Below the pieces are notes generated by a model. The model had not been told where the DNA came from and did no database searches. It saw only the letters and a program-made list of their open reading frames with translations. DNA of 64,000 nucleotides from an uncultured Bacteroides sp. (GTDB taxonomy: Bacteria; Bacteroidota; Bacteroidia; Bacteroidales; Bacteroidaceae). Below, one piece after another: positions 1-10,109 of this stretch. The stretch spans positions 5,471 through 69,470 of the forward strand of contig CASGED010000007.1 of NCBI GenBank assembly GCA_949300425.1, written 5' to 3'. Positions within the stretch are counted from its first letter, which is position 1; each line of letters starts with the position of its first letter. The position numbers and the translations under genes are program-made.

Positions 1-1
1 A

Positions 2-1411
2 CAGATACTGAAGAACATCAAAGAGAGATACGAGGACCATCATAACGTGCGCTACACGGACGAGGCGCTGGATGCCTGCGTCAGGCTCACGGCACGCTAC
101 ATCAGCGACCGCAGCTTCCCGGACAAGGCCATTGACGCCCTGGACGAAGCCGGAGCGCGCGTGCACCTGACCAACATCAGCGTGCCCAAGGAGATAGAAG
201 AGCAAGAAAAGCTCATCGAGATGGCGCGCCTGCAAAAGGGCGAGGCCGTGCGCTCGCAAAACTTCGAGCTGGCCGCCGGATACCGCGACCGCGAGAAAGC
301 CCTCTCCGCCCGACTGGACGCCATGAAAGAGGCATGGGAACGAAGCCTGAAGGACCGGCGCGAGACCGTGGACGAGGAAGAGATAGCCAACGTGGTGTCC
401 ATGATGTCGGGCGTACCCGTACAGCGCATGGCGCAGGCCGAAGGCGTCAAGCTCTCCGGCATGAAGGAGGAGCTGCGCTCCAAGGTCATCGGTCAGGACA
501 CGGCTATCGACAAGGTGGTGAAGGCCATCGTGCGCAGCCGCGTTGGCTTGAAAGATCCCAACCGCCCCATCGGCACGTTCATGTTTCTGGGACCTACGGG
601 CGTGGGCAAGACCCACTTGGCCAAGCAACTGGCACGCTTCATGTTCGGGTCGGACGACGCCTTGATACGCATCGACATGAGCGAATACATGGAGAAGTAC
701 ACCGTATCGCGCATGATAGGTGCCGCACCGGGCTACGTGGGCTACGAGGAAGGAGGACAGCTGACCGAGCGCGTGCGCCGCAAGCCCTACTCCATCATCC
801 TGCTGGACGAGATTGAGAAAGCCCATCCCGACGTGTTCAACATCCTCCTGCAAGTATTGGACGAAGGACGCCTGACGGACAACACGGGTCGCACGATAGA
901 CTTCAAGAACACCGTCATCATCATGACCTCCAACATAGGCACACGCCAACTGAAGGAGTTCGGACGGGGCGTGGGCTTCGCCGCCCAAAACCGCACGGAC
1001 GACCGTGAATACTCGCGCGGAGTAATCCAGAAGGCGTTGAACAAGACCTTCTCACCCGAGTTCCTGAACCGCCTGGACGACATCATCACCTTCGACCAGC
1101 TCGCTCCGGAGGACATCGTGAAGATAGTAGACATCGAGCTGAACGCCCTCTACGGGCGCGTCGAGGTCACCGGCTATCACCTGGAAGTGGACGGACAGGC
1201 CAAGCAATTCCTGGCCAAGAAAGGCTATGACGTGCAATTCGGCGCACGCCCCCTGAAACGCGCCGTGCAGACATACCTGGAAGACGGACTCTCGGAAATG
1301 ATAGTCGGCTCCGAACTCCGGCCGGGCGACACCATCCATGTCACGTGGGACGGAAACAGCGAGACGCTGGACATGAAAACGGAAAAGCCGCATTCGGACA
1401 TTACTTATTAA
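2..1411 (+). CDS. clpC: ATP-dependent Clp protease ATP-binding subunit ClpC (5' end outside window)
   Basis: Frame open from base 2 (QILKNIKERYEDHHNV); FPDKAIDALDEAG, Walker A GPTGVGKT, RIDMSEYME, GYVGYEEGGQLTE, LLDEIEKAHPDV, GARPLKR. Confidence 0.95.
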   Translation, partial: QILKNIKERYEDHHNVRYTDEALDACVRLTARYISDRSFPDKAIDALDEAGARVHLTNISVPKEIEEQEKLIEMARLQKGEAVRSQNFELAAGYRDREKALSARLDAMKEAWERSLKDRRETVDEEEIANVVSMMSGVPVQRMAQAEGVKLSGMKEELRSKVIGQDTAIDKVVKAIVRSRVGLKDPNRPIGTFMFLGPTGVGKTHLAKQLARFMFGSDDALIRIDMSEYMEKYTVSRMIGAAPGYVGYEEGGQLTERVRRKPYSIILLDEIEKAHPDVFNILLQVLDEGRLTDNTGRTIDFKNTVIIMTSNIGTRQLKEFGRGVGFAAQNRTDDREYSRGVIQKALNKTFSPEFLNRLDDIITFDQLAPEDIVKIVDIELNALYGRVEVTGYHLEVDGQAKQFLAKKGYDVQFGARPLKRAVQTYLEDGLSEMIVGSELRPGDTIHVTWDGNSETLDMKTEKPHSDITY

Positions 1412-1422
1412 TTACTTATAAT

Positions 1423-2913
1423 ATGAAAACCAAATACCTGAAAATCAACCCGGCTGACAATGTGGCCGTAGCTATCGCCTCCCTGTCCGCCGGCGAGAAA
1501 ATCATCGTGGACGGAAAGGAAATCACGCTGAACGGAGACGTCCCCGCCGGACACAAGTTCGCCCTGAAAGACTTTGCCGCCGGCGAGAACGTCATCAAGT
1601 ACGGCTACCCCATCGGCCATGCCCTTGAAGTCAAGAAAGCGGGCGACTGGATGAACGAACATAACATCAAGACCAACCTGGCAGGTCTGTTGGAATATAC
1701 TTACAATCCCGTCAACGCCGACTTAGACATTCCCCGCAAAAATCTAACTTTTAAAGGCTACCGGCGCAAGAACGGAGACGTGGGCGTACGCAACGAGATT
1801 TGGATTATTCCTACCGTGGGATGCGTCAACGGCATCGCGGGCCAACTGGCTGAAGGTTTGCGCAAGGAAACTGGAAGCAAAGGCGTAGACGCCATCATGG
1901 CTTATCCGCACAACTACGGCTGCTCCCAGTTGGGCGATGACCACGAGAATACAAAGAAGATACTGCGCGACATGGTGCTGCACCCCAACGCAGGCGCCGT
2001 GTTAATAGTGAGTCTGGGCTGCGAGAACAATCAGCCGGACGTATTCCGCGAGTTCTTGGGCGACTATGACCAAGACCGGGTGAAATTCATGGTTACGCAA
2101 AAGGTGGACGACGAATACGAGGAAGGCATGAAACTGCTTCGCGAACTGTACGCCAAGGCATCGCAGGACGTTCGTACGGACGTACCATTGAGCGAGCTAC
2201 GCGTAGGTTTGAAATGCGGAGGTTCAGACGGTTTCTCCGGCATTACGGCCAATCCCCTGTTGGGCATGTTCTCCGACTTCTTAGTGGCACAAGGAGGCAC
2301 AACCGTACTGACCGAAGTGCCCGAAATGTTTGGCGCGGAAACCATCCTGATGAACCGTTGCCGCACACGCGAACTCTTCGATCAGACCGTGAAACTTATC
2401 AACGACTTCAAGGAATACTTCCTGAGCCATGGCGAGCCTGTAGGCGAAAATCCCTCGCCGGGCAACAAGGCAGGCGGCATCTCCACCTTGGAGGACAAAG
2501 CATTAGGCTGTACGCAAAAGTGCGGGAAAAGCTACGTGGAAGGCGTAATGGCGTATGGCGACCGGCTCAAGGTGAAAGGTCTGAACCTGCTGTCCGCCCC
2601 CGGTAACGACCTCGTCGCATCTACTGCCCTGGCTTCCTGCGGATGCCACATGGTGCTTTTCACCACAGGACGAGGCACGCCCTTCGGAACCTACGTGCCC
2701 ACGATGAAGATCTCCACCAACTCCAACTTGGTCAAACACAAACCGGGCTGGATAGACTTCAACGCAGGTGTCATCCTCGAAAACGAACCGATGGAAAAGA
2801 CCTGCGAACGCTTCATCGACTACATCATCCGCGTAGCCAGCGGCGAACAGGTGAACAACGAGAAAAAAGGATACAAGGAAATAGCCATCTTCAAGAACGG
2901 AGTGACGCTGTAA
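1423..2913 (+). CDS. uxaA: Altronate dehydratase (UxaA family, SAF + GD_AH domains)
   Basis: GHKFAL, VIKYGYPIG, GVRNEIWIIPTVGCVN, HNYGCSQLG, KCGGSDGFSGITANP, NPSPGNKAGG; start moved to ATG 1423. Confidence 0.92.
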   Translation: MKTKYLKINPADNVAVAIASLSAGEKIIVDGKEITLNGDVPAGHKFALKDFAAGENVIKYGYPIGHALEVKKAGDWMNEHNIKTNLAGLLEYTYNPVNADLDIPRKNLTFKGYRRKNGDVGVRNEIWIIPTVGCVNGIAGQLAEGLRKETGSKGVDAIMAYPHNYGCSQLGDDHENTKKILRDMVLHPNAGAVLIVSLGCENNQPDVFREFLGDYDQDRVKFMVTQKVDDEYEEGMKLLRELYAKASQDVRTDVPLSELRVGLKCGGSDGFSGITANPLLGMFSDFLVAQGGTTVLTEVPEMFGAETILMNRCRTRELFDQTVKLINDFKEYFLSHGEPVGENPSPGNKAGGISTLEDKALGCTQKCGKSYVEGVMAYGDRLKVKGLNLLSAPGNDLVASTALASCGCHMVLFTTGRGTPFGTYVPTMKISTNSNLVKHKPGWIDFNAGVILENEPMEKTCERFIDYIIRVASGEQVNNEKKGYKEIAIFKNGVTL

Positions 2914-2920
2914 GAGAACT

Positions 2921-4213
2921 ATGCAAGAACCTGTCCGAAAGCCACAAGGCAGCTGGTGGGCGTTGAGTCCGTTGGCCGTGTTTTTGTGCCTTTATTTAGT
3001 GACGTCCATTTGGATGAACGACTTCTATAAAGTGCCCATCACGGTGGCCTTCATGTTTGCGTCGTGCTATGCCATAGCCACTACCCGACATCTGAAACTC
3101 GACCAACGCATCTTCCGTTTCTCCATTGGTGCCGGCAATAAGAATATCCTGCTGATGATATGGATATTCATACTTGCCGGTTCCTTTGCACAAAGTGCCA
3201 AGCAGATGGGTGCCATAGACGCCACAGTCAACCTCACCCTCCATATCTTGCCCGAAAACCTGCTGTTGGCGGGCATATTCCTGGCATCTTGCTTCATCTC
3301 CCTATCCATCGGAACCAGTGTAGGCACCATTGTCGCTCTGACGCCCGTAGCCGTAGGACTGGCAGAGAAGACCGGAGTTGACCTGGCTTACATGACAGCC
3401 ATTGTGGTAGGCGGCTCGTTCTTCGGCGACAACCTGTCGTTCATCTCCGACACCACCATTGCCGCCACCCGCACGCAGAACTGCTCCATGAAGGATAAGT
3501 TCCGCGTCAACTCCCGCATCGTGATGCCTGCCGCCCTGTTGGTGATGGTCTTCTATGTCTTTCAGGGATTGTCCCTTCACACGCCTCCGCAGACTGAAAC
3601 CATCAAGTGGGTGAAGGTACTCCCCTACCTCATCGTGCTGGCTACGGCCATTGCCGGCGTGAACGTGCTGCTGGTGTTGACTTTAGGCATCCTGTCTACC
3701 GGCTTCATCGGCTTCTTCACGGGTATGTCATTTTTCGATTGGTTCGGAACTATGGGTGAAGGTATCATCAGCATGGGCGAGCTTATCATTGTTACCCTCT
3801 TGGCGGGAGGTATGCTCGAACTGATACGCTACAACGGCGGCATCGACTTCATCCTCTACCATATCGGAAATCACATCAAAGGAAAGCGAGGAGCGGAACT
3901 GAGCATCGCCGCCTTGGTGAGCATAGCTAACCTCTGCACCGCAAACAACACCATCGCCATCATCACAACGGGACCCATCGCGCGCAACATTGGTCATCAT
4001 TTCCAACTCGACCGCCGCAAGGTGGCCAGCATACTGGACACCTTCTCCTGCTTTGTGCAAGGCATCATCCCCTACGGTGCACAAATGCTTATCGCCTCCG
4101 GTCTGGCATCATTGTCACCCCTTAGCATCATCGGACATCTCTACTATCCCTTCTGCATGGGTGTTTTTGCCCTGCTGTCCATCCTGTTGAGATATCCAAG
4201 AAAATATTCCTAA
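2921..4213 (+). CDS. Na+/H+ antiporter NhaC family membrane protein
   Basis: Many hydrophobic segments; GTSVGTI and FFGDNLSFISDTTIAA motifs. Confidence 0.8.
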   Translation: MQEPVRKPQGSWWALSPLAVFLCLYLVTSIWMNDFYKVPITVAFMFASCYAIATTRHLKLDQRIFRFSIGAGNKNILLMIWIFILAGSFAQSAKQMGAIDATVNLTLHILPENLLLAGIFLASCFISLSIGTSVGTIVALTPVAVGLAEKTGVDLAYMTAIVVGGSFFGDNLSFISDTTIAATRTQNCSMKDKFRVNSRIVMPAALLVMVFYVFQGLSLHTPPQTETIKWVKVLPYLIVLATAIAGVNVLLVLTLGILSTGFIGFFTGMSFFDWFGTMGEGIISMGELIIVTLLAGGMLELIRYNGGIDFILYHIGNHIKGKRGAELSIAALVSIANLCTANNTIAIITTGPIARNIGHHFQLDRRKVASILDTFSCFVQGIIPYGAQMLIASGLASLSPLSIIGHLYYPFCMGVFALLSILLRYPRKYS

Positions 4214-4379
4214 TCATGTTTTGTACGACATTTTCAAAAAACATTCCCCGTCTTAATCCCTGCTGAAGAAATCCGTATCGCCGCTTATCCACAAATGGAC
4301 TTAACCTTTTTATAATTAAACACATACAGTCAGAATTATCATTATATCTTTTAAGAAGCCGACCTTCATTAAACAATCC

Positions 4380-4407
4380 TCCCAGTCCTGATACAGTAGG
4401 ACTGGGA
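4380..4407. repeat. Perfect 10-bp inverted repeat (hairpin) in NhaC-rpsP intergenic region
   Basis: tcccagtcct-gatacagt-aggactggga. Confidence 0.6.
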
Positions 4408-4501
4408 ACAACTATTAGCTTAACGGCAGATATAAACAATTATGAACGTATCGATGCGTACATATATCACTTTTATCTATAAAAACTTTAAGTGTAAACC
4501 C

Positions 4502-4532
4502 TTTGCCGTCTCAAAAAAAAGCCATATCTTTG
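4502..4532 (+). promoter_or_regulatory. Bacteroidetes sigma-A promoter for rpsP
   Basis: -33 TTTG (4502-4505), 19 nt, then -7 TATCTTTG (4525-4532), matching TTTG-N19-21-TAnnTTTG. Confidence 0.8.
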
Positions 4533-4590
4533 CGCCCGCTATTACGAGATAGTAGCATATTCAAATCATTTATTAAACTAATAAACATTT

Positions 4591-5133
4591 ATGGCAACAA
4601 AAATCAGATTGCAAAGACATGGACGTAAAGGCTACGCTTTCTACTCCATCGTTATTGCTGACTCAAGAGCACCACGTGATGGTAAATTCATTGAAAAACT
4701 GGGTACTTACAACCCCAACACAAATCCTGCCACAGTAGATTTGAACTTTGAACGCGCGTTGAAATGGGTGATGACCGGCGCACAACCTACTGACACCGTA
4801 CGCAACATCCTCTCCCGCGAAGGCGTCTACATGAAGAAGCACCTCCTTGGCGGTGTGGCAAAAGGCGCGTTTGGCGAAGCTGAAGCTGAAGCCAAATTCG
4901 AAGCTTGGAAGAACAACAAGCAGAAAGGCCTGGAGGCTTTGAAGAATAAGGACGAAGAAGCCAAGAAAGCCGCTGCAAAGGTACGTCTCGAAGCTGAACA
5001 GAAAGTAAACGAAGCCAAAGCAAAAGCATTGGCCGAAAAGAAAGCCGCTGAAGAAGCCGCCAAGGCTGCTGAAAACGCATCAGCGACCGAAGAAGCTCCT
5101 GCCGCTGAAGCAGAAGCTCCTGCCGCAGAATAA
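4591..5133 (+). CDS. rpsP: 30S ribosomal protein S16 (Ala/Glu/Lys-rich C-terminal tail)
   Basis: [44 protein letters not shown]. Confidence 0.98.
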   Translation: MATKIRLQRHGRKGYAFYSIVIADSRAPRDGKFIEKLGTYNPNTNPATVDLNFERALKWVMTGAQPTDTVRNILSREGVYMKKHLLGGVAKGAFGEAEAEAKFEAWKNNKQKGLEALKNKDEEAKKAAAKVRLEAEQKVNEAKAKALAEKKAAEEAAKAAENASATEEAPAAEAEAPAAE

Positions 5134-5172
5134 TTAATTCAGGTTCATTTTTTATTTTGGAATTAATTTTGG

Positions 5173-5207
5173 GAATCCCTTCCTGCGCGAGCCGGAGGGA
5201 TTTTTTT
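5173..5207 (+). terminator. Rho-independent terminator after rpsP
   Basis: aatcccttcc...ggagggatt stem followed by a T-run. Confidence 0.7.
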
Positions 5208-5282
5208 ATACAACAAAGTTACGGGCATTCAAATTTTCAGTCCAATCTTTCCGCATCTTGCTCCGCATCCCATTTTTTTTAT

Positions 5283-5290
5283 TACCTTTG
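5283..5290 (+). promoter_or_regulatory. -7 promoter box for TlpA-like gene
   Basis: TACCTTTG about 30 nt upstream of ATG 5320. Confidence 0.55.
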
Positions 5291-5319
5291 CCGCCTGAAC
5301 AAATTAACTTGTAAAAACA

Positions 5320-6417
5320 ATGAAAAGACTTACTTACTTGTTTGCTACGGCTGCCCTGCTGGCCGCTTGTAGCGGAAACCAAGGTTACACCATCAATGGT
5401 ACCGCAGAAAGCGTGGAAGACGGAAAGATGGTTTATCTGACAAAACCGGAAGGACAACAACTTGTTAAGCTGGACTCAGCCGTAGTGACCAACGGAAAAT
5501 TCACTTTCAAAGGCACGCAAGACACCGCCGCTGTACGTTTCATCACTAACGCTTCACCCGAAGCCTATGAATTCGGCATCGACATCTTTTTGGAAAACGG
5601 CACAATCAACGTCAACTTATCCAAAGAAAACGGAGCTGCGACCGGCACTCACAACAACGACGCCTACCAGGCCGTGCGCTCACAACTCAACGGACTGAAC
5701 GCCCAAATGATGGCTGTATTCAACACCTTGGCAAACGACTCTACCCTGACCGAGGAACAACGCGAGGCCAAGGGAAAAGAAATAGAAAGCCTGCAAGAGA
5801 AATCAATAGACGTCATGAAAGAGGCCATAAAGCAGAACATCGCCAACGCCGTAGGCGTTCACCTGCTGAAGCAGAACTATTACTACATGGACGTTGAGGA
5901 ACTGGACCCGCTGATGCCTCAAATTCCCGTTGCGTACAACAATGACAAAACAATCGTCAAGATTAAGGATAACGTAGAGAAGATGAAAGCCACGGCCGTT
6001 GGACAGAAATTTACCGACTTCGAGATGTTGACGCCTGAGGGTAAGTCCGTGAAGTTGTCCGACTTTGTGGGCAAAGGTAAAGTGGTATTGGTAGACTTCT
6101 GGGCAAGCTGGTGCGGACCCTGCCGCCGTGAGATGCCCAACCTGGTAGAGGCTTACAAGCAATACAAAGGCAAGAACTTCGAGATTGTGGGTGTGTCGCT
6201 CGACCAAAACGGCGAGGCTTGGAAAAACGCCATCAAACAACTGGACATCACCTGGCCGCAGATGTCCGACCTGAAATACTGGGAGTGCGAAGGCGCCCGC
6301 CTATATGCCGTGAGCAGCATTCCCCACACGGTCCTGATTGACGCTGAAGGCACCATTATCGCCCGCGGCCTGCACGGCGAAGGTTTGCAAGAGGAGCTGG
6401 CCGAAGTGCTGAAGTAA
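5320..6417 (+). CDS. Lipoprotein thiol-disulfide oxidoreductase (DUF4369 + TlpA/AhpC-TSA)
   Basis: Lipobox LAAC; VLVDFWASWCGPCRREMP; IPHTVLID. Confidence 0.88.
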   Translation: MKRLTYLFATAALLAACSGNQGYTINGTAESVEDGKMVYLTKPEGQQLVKLDSAVVTNGKFTFKGTQDTAAVRFITNASPEAYEFGIDIFLENGTINVNLSKENGAATGTHNNDAYQAVRSQLNGLNAQMMAVFNTLANDSTLTEEQREAKGKEIESLQEKSIDVMKEAIKQNIANAVGVHLLKQNYYYMDVEELDPLMPQIPVAYNNDKTIVKIKDNVEKMKATAVGQKFTDFEMLTPEGKSVKLSDFVGKGKVVLVDFWASWCGPCRREMPNLVEAYKQYKGKNFEIVGVSLDQNGEAWKNAIKQLDITWPQMSDLKYWECEGARLYAVSSIPHTVLIDAEGTIIARGLHGEGLQEELAEVLK

Positions 6418-6435
6418 TAGATCCCTCGGTTTAGG

Positions 6436-6514
6436 ACACGGATACACAGAGACACAGAGATTTTATTTTATTGCTTTACAAACATATTTTCTCTGTGTCT
6501 TTGTGTCTTCGTGT
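6436..6514. repeat. 25-bp imperfect inverted repeat between convergent genes (probable bidirectional terminator/REP-like)
   Basis: acacggatacacagagacacagaga versus tctctgtgtctttgtgtcttcgtgt, 22/25 complementary. Confidence 0.7.
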
Positions 6515-6547
6515 TTTATTTTACAATTATGATACACCTCCTAATCC

Positions 6548-7894
6548 TCACCACTCGATAAACTTCCCACGTTCCCTGCGCTTCTGCAACTCCTCAGCCA
6601 GGAAGCGTTGGCGGTCCTTAGCAATGTAGCGACGGGCGAAAATATTGGGCAGGGCTACGCCTAACGCGATGCAAAGAATGATGAGCGAAGCGTTGATACC
6701 GTTGTAGACCACGGCCGTCACCTCTCCCACTACCCCGCTCATGTTGATTAGCCCGAAGAGCGAACGGTACATCAGCACGCCGGGAATCATAGGTATGACG
6801 GAAGGAATGGTCAGCACGTGATTGGGCACATGAAACCAGTGCACCGCCTTCACCGCCACCAGACTCACCACCAACGCGCCCATAAAAGAACCGACCACCG
6901 GACCGAAGCCCATCTCGAAGTTCACAAAATTGCGGGTACACACGGCCAGCATACCGCCCACGGCCACCACCCACAACAGGCGTCGCTGGATATTGAATAT
7001 CATGGAGAAGCCCATGGCCGAAATGGCCGCGGCAAGGGCATAGGTCCAATAGGTATCGTGGGGCACGATGCTCAATTCGCTGAACTTGCGGTCTATCACC
7101 ACGTCTTCCATCATCAGAAGACGCATAGCCATGACAATACCGAAAGCCATAGCCCCCACTATCAACGCCGTATTCACCGCCCGGACAATGCCCACCTGAA
7201 TGTAGTTGTCTATCATGTCGTCCACACAATTGATGAGCGGTACGCCGGGCACAATGAACAGTGCGCAAGCCAGCAACGGATGGTAAGGCGTGGACGACAA
7301 GCCGGTAAACGTAGTGACATAGGCCAGACAAGTGGCCACAAAAGCCGCGATGGCCATGCTCATATAGTGATTGATGCCGAAAGCATTACTATATGCACGC
7401 GTCTTGAATCCGACAAAAGCGCAAACGGAAGCGAACAGGAAAGCCAGCCAGTCGCCCCCGAACAACTTGCAGAAACCACCACATGCAAAAGCCGCTCCGA
7501 TAGCTATCAGATAAGGTGTATAATTACGCTCTTTCGTACGGATGCGTTCCAGCTCTTCCTCGTAGCGGTCCAGTGAATAATCTTCCTCGATGGCACGCCA
7601 TGACAATTTGCTGATTTCAGAGATGGCCGTCATGTTGATGCCATGATTCTCGCACTTCTGAAACTTGGAGAACGAATGCTGCCCGTCGCTCACGTTGACA
7701 AGCAGCATGGTATAACTCACGTCGATGTGCAACTTCTCTTCGGGAAGCCCCAAGTAAGCCGCTACACGATTCATGTTACGCACTATGCGGTTGGTGTCCG
7801 CCGCACTCTCCACCAATAATTTTCCTGTCCGGAGCAGCAGGTCAAGCTTTCGTCTGAGCAAAGCTATTTCCTGGTCAGTTAACGCTTTAGCCAT
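6548..7894 (-). CDS. Threonine/serine exporter family protein (ThrE + ThrE_2)
   Basis: ESAADTNRIVRNM, LFIVPGVPLIN, VIPMIPGV; many TM helices; start at MAKALT; TATCTTTG box at 7925-7932 on minus strand. Confidence 0.82.
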   Translation of the reverse strand: MAKALTDQEIALLRRKLDLLLRTGKLLVESAADTNRIVRNMNRVAAYLGLPEEKLHIDVSYTMLLVNVSDGQHSFSKFQKCENHGINMTAISEISKLSWRAIEEDYSLDRYEEELERIRTKERNYTPYLIAIGAAFACGGFCKLFGGDWLAFLFASVCAFVGFKTRAYSNAFGINHYMSMAIAAFVATCLAYVTTFTGLSSTPYHPLLACALFIVPGVPLINCVDDMIDNYIQVGIVRAVNTALIVGAMAFGIVMAMRLLMMEDVVIDRKFSELSIVPHDTYWTYALAAAISAMGFSMIFNIQRRLLWVVAVGGMLAVCTRNFVNFEMGFGPVVGSFMGALVVSLVAVKAVHWFHVPNHVLTIPSVIPMIPGVLMYRSLFGLINMSGVVGEVTAVVYNGINASLIILCIALGVALPNIFARRYIAKDRQRFLAEELQKRRERGKFIEW

Positions 7895-8064
7895 CTTTCC
7901 GTATTTATTATATGTTTCGGAGCGCAAAGATAGTGCAAATTGAGCGGAAAACATTCAAGCTTGCTTGAAAATGATAAATATCCGCAATCGGACATCCGTC
8001 ATTTCCAATTATCAATATTTACATATCGCGGATTTTGAATATACGCAAAGTTTTTATTGGGAAG

Positions 8065-9219
8065 TTACGGGCATGGGGGATGATTGGGCTCTACATACAT
8101 CAGGTCGCTGATGATGCCGTCCGAGACGAAGATGCCCGCACGTGTCAGGCGCAAATGCCCATCGCGCGTCTCCTCCAATTTATGACTTATCAGATAAGGG
8201 ACAGCCATCCGCTTACAATAGGCGGAAAGACGAGGGCCGAACCGGGAGGCGAGCAAATCCAGGCTCAGACCTTCACGGGTACGTAGAGCCGTCATGACCA
8301 ATTCGTTGTAGCGGGTGACGGAATCCAACGTTTCCCGCTCGTACAATCTTCCGCCCTGCCCCAAAGCTCGGATGTATTCTTCTAAGGAAGCGACGTTCCA
8401 CTCGCGGCTTTGCGTGTCGAAGGAGTGAGCCGACGGGCCGCATCCCAGGTAAGGGACACCCCGCCAATAGGACGTGTTGTGGCGCGAGCGGTGTCCCGGC
8501 TTGCAGAAGTTGGAAATTTCGTAATGCTCGTAACCCGCCACGGACAGGGTATCCATGAGCATCGTGAAAAAGCGGACACTGCTCTCTTCGTCCACTTCAC
8601 GCACGCGCCCGACCTTTAACAACCGATAAAGAGGCGTCCCTTCCTCATACGTCAGATGATAGGCCGAAATGTGCTCTACGTCCATGTGCACGGTCTGTAG
8701 GAGGTCGTTCTGCCAACGTTCGTCCGTTTCGCCGGGCAAACCATAAATGAGATCGATGCTGATGTTGTCGAATCCATATGCGCGACATCGCTCCACGGCT
8801 TCTATGGCCTGACGGGACGTGTGACGCCGATTGAGCATCCTCAACATCGAACCGTCAAAGGTCTGTATACCCATGCTGATACGGTTGAAAGGCCATCGAC
8901 GCAGCATCTCCACGTAGTCCTCGGTCAGGTCATCCGGATTGGCTTCGAGCGTAATCTCCCGACACGCATCCAGGCCATACGTTCGCTCAATTGTGTCGAA
9001 TATCCTCCCGAAATCCTTTTCATCAAGCTGCGAGGGAGTTCCTCCACCCAAGTAAACGGTTTCTATGGCCTCGCCCTTCAAATAGTCCTTGCGCATCCCC
9101 AACTCGGCGCATAATGCTTGCACGTATGCTTTCCTAAGCTCTTCACGCGTAGTGGAATAAAAATCACAATAAACGCACCGCGTCTTGCAAAACGGGATAT
9201 GAATATAAATGCCTGCCAT
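8065..9219 (-). CDS. hemW: Radical SAM heme chaperone HemW (HemN-like)
   Basis: IYIHIPFCKTRCVYCDF (CX3CX2C), GGGTPS, YEISNF, SRHNTSYW (HNxxYW). Confidence 0.92.
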   Translation of the reverse strand: MAGIYIHIPFCKTRCVYCDFYSTTREELRKAYVQALCAELGMRKDYLKGEAIETVYLGGGTPSQLDEKDFGRIFDTIERTYGLDACREITLEANPDDLTEDYVEMLRRWPFNRISMGIQTFDGSMLRMLNRRHTSRQAIEAVERCRAYGFDNISIDLIYGLPGETDERWQNDLLQTVHMDVEHISAYHLTYEEGTPLYRLLKVGRVREVDEESSVRFFTMLMDTLSVAGYEHYEISNFCKPGHRSRHNTSYWRGVPYLGCGPSAHSFDTQSREWNVASLEEYIRALGQGGRLYERETLDSVTRYNELVMTALRTREGLSLDLLASRFGPRLSAYCKRMAVPYLISHKLEETRDGHLRLTRAGIFVSDGIISDLMYVEPNHPPCP

Positions 9220-9225
9220 GTGTGA

Positions 9226-9933
9226 TTAAAACTTCAAATAAAAATCCTTGGTCAACTCCTTGTAAGCCTCCGTATACGAACCGTCGGAGGCGGAGATGTA
9301 GAGCGCATCCTCGCGGGGGGAGCGTAACTTTCGCCCGAACGTCATCAACACCCGCCGGGGCGGTTTCCCTTCCTTAGTATAGACGTGCGTGCGTCGTTCG
9401 GGATAGAGTCCGTACGCCCATGCCGCGTCTTCGGCCGGCCCGGCCATTTCGGCAGGCACGATAACGCTCACCTTCCCTTCCCCGGCCAAAAGTTCGCGGG
9501 AGTGACGGAACAGACAAGTATAGTTCAAGCCTCCGCCATGGCGCGCCAGGCTGCGCTGATCATCGGGACACTTGAGGGCATCGACGAAATAAGGCGGATT
9601 GGACACAATCAGGTCATACACTCCGTCTGGGCGGAAATCTTCAAAATCGGCACAGACCACCTCAACACGCTCCCGCCAGGGCGAGGCAGCCACATTCTCA
9701 CGCGCCTGAAGAGCCGCATCCGCGTCCACCTCCACGCCCGTCACCCGGGCAATGGCGTTGCGCTGGGCCATCTGCAAGGCTATCAGCCCCGTGCCCGTAC
9801 CCACGTCAAGCACTCGGGAAGCCTGCTCCACGGGTGCCCAAGCGCCCAGTAAGACCCCGTCCGTGCCCACCTTCATGGCACATCTGTCATGGTATACGGT
9901 AAATTGTTTGAACGTAAACGAAGTATGGGACAT
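9226..9933 (-). CDS. yfiC: tRNA1(Val) (adenine(37)-N6)-methyltransferase
   Basis: FTFKQF, MKVGTDGVLLGAW, VLDVGTGTG, IVSNPPYF. Confidence 0.9.
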   Translation of the reverse strand: MSHTSFTFKQFTVYHDRCAMKVGTDGVLLGAWAPVEQASRVLDVGTGTGLIALQMAQRNAIARVTGVEVDADAALQARENVAASPWRERVEVVCADFEDFRPDGVYDLIVSNPPYFVDALKCPDDQRSLARHGGGLNYTCLFRHSRELLAGEGKVSVIVPAEMAGPAEDAAWAYGLYPERRTHVYTKEGKPPRRVLMTFGRKLRSPREDALYISASDGSYTEAYKELTKDFYLKF

Positions 9934-10051
9934 AACGCGCATTCTTTATTCAGGGCGTAAAATTAGCGAAAAACGAACGGAAAGGAACACAAAAGGGGGA
10001 TATTTTTGTCTTTTTAAAGAATCAGACTCCTGTATATACAAATAAATAGCG

Positions 10052-10059
10052 TAAATTTG
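10052..10059 (+). promoter_or_regulatory. -7 promoter box for lon-tgt-lptG operon
   Basis: TAAATTTG about 50 nt upstream of lon ATG. Confidence 0.55.
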
Positions 10060-10109
10060 CGCCTGCTTTATGAACTCTGCCGTTAGAGTTCGCTCAAAAT
10101 CATACCAAA

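Noticed and set aside
4960-5133. Ala/Glu/Lys-rich repetitive tail of S16
   Set aside because: A normal feature of Bacteroidetes RpsP.
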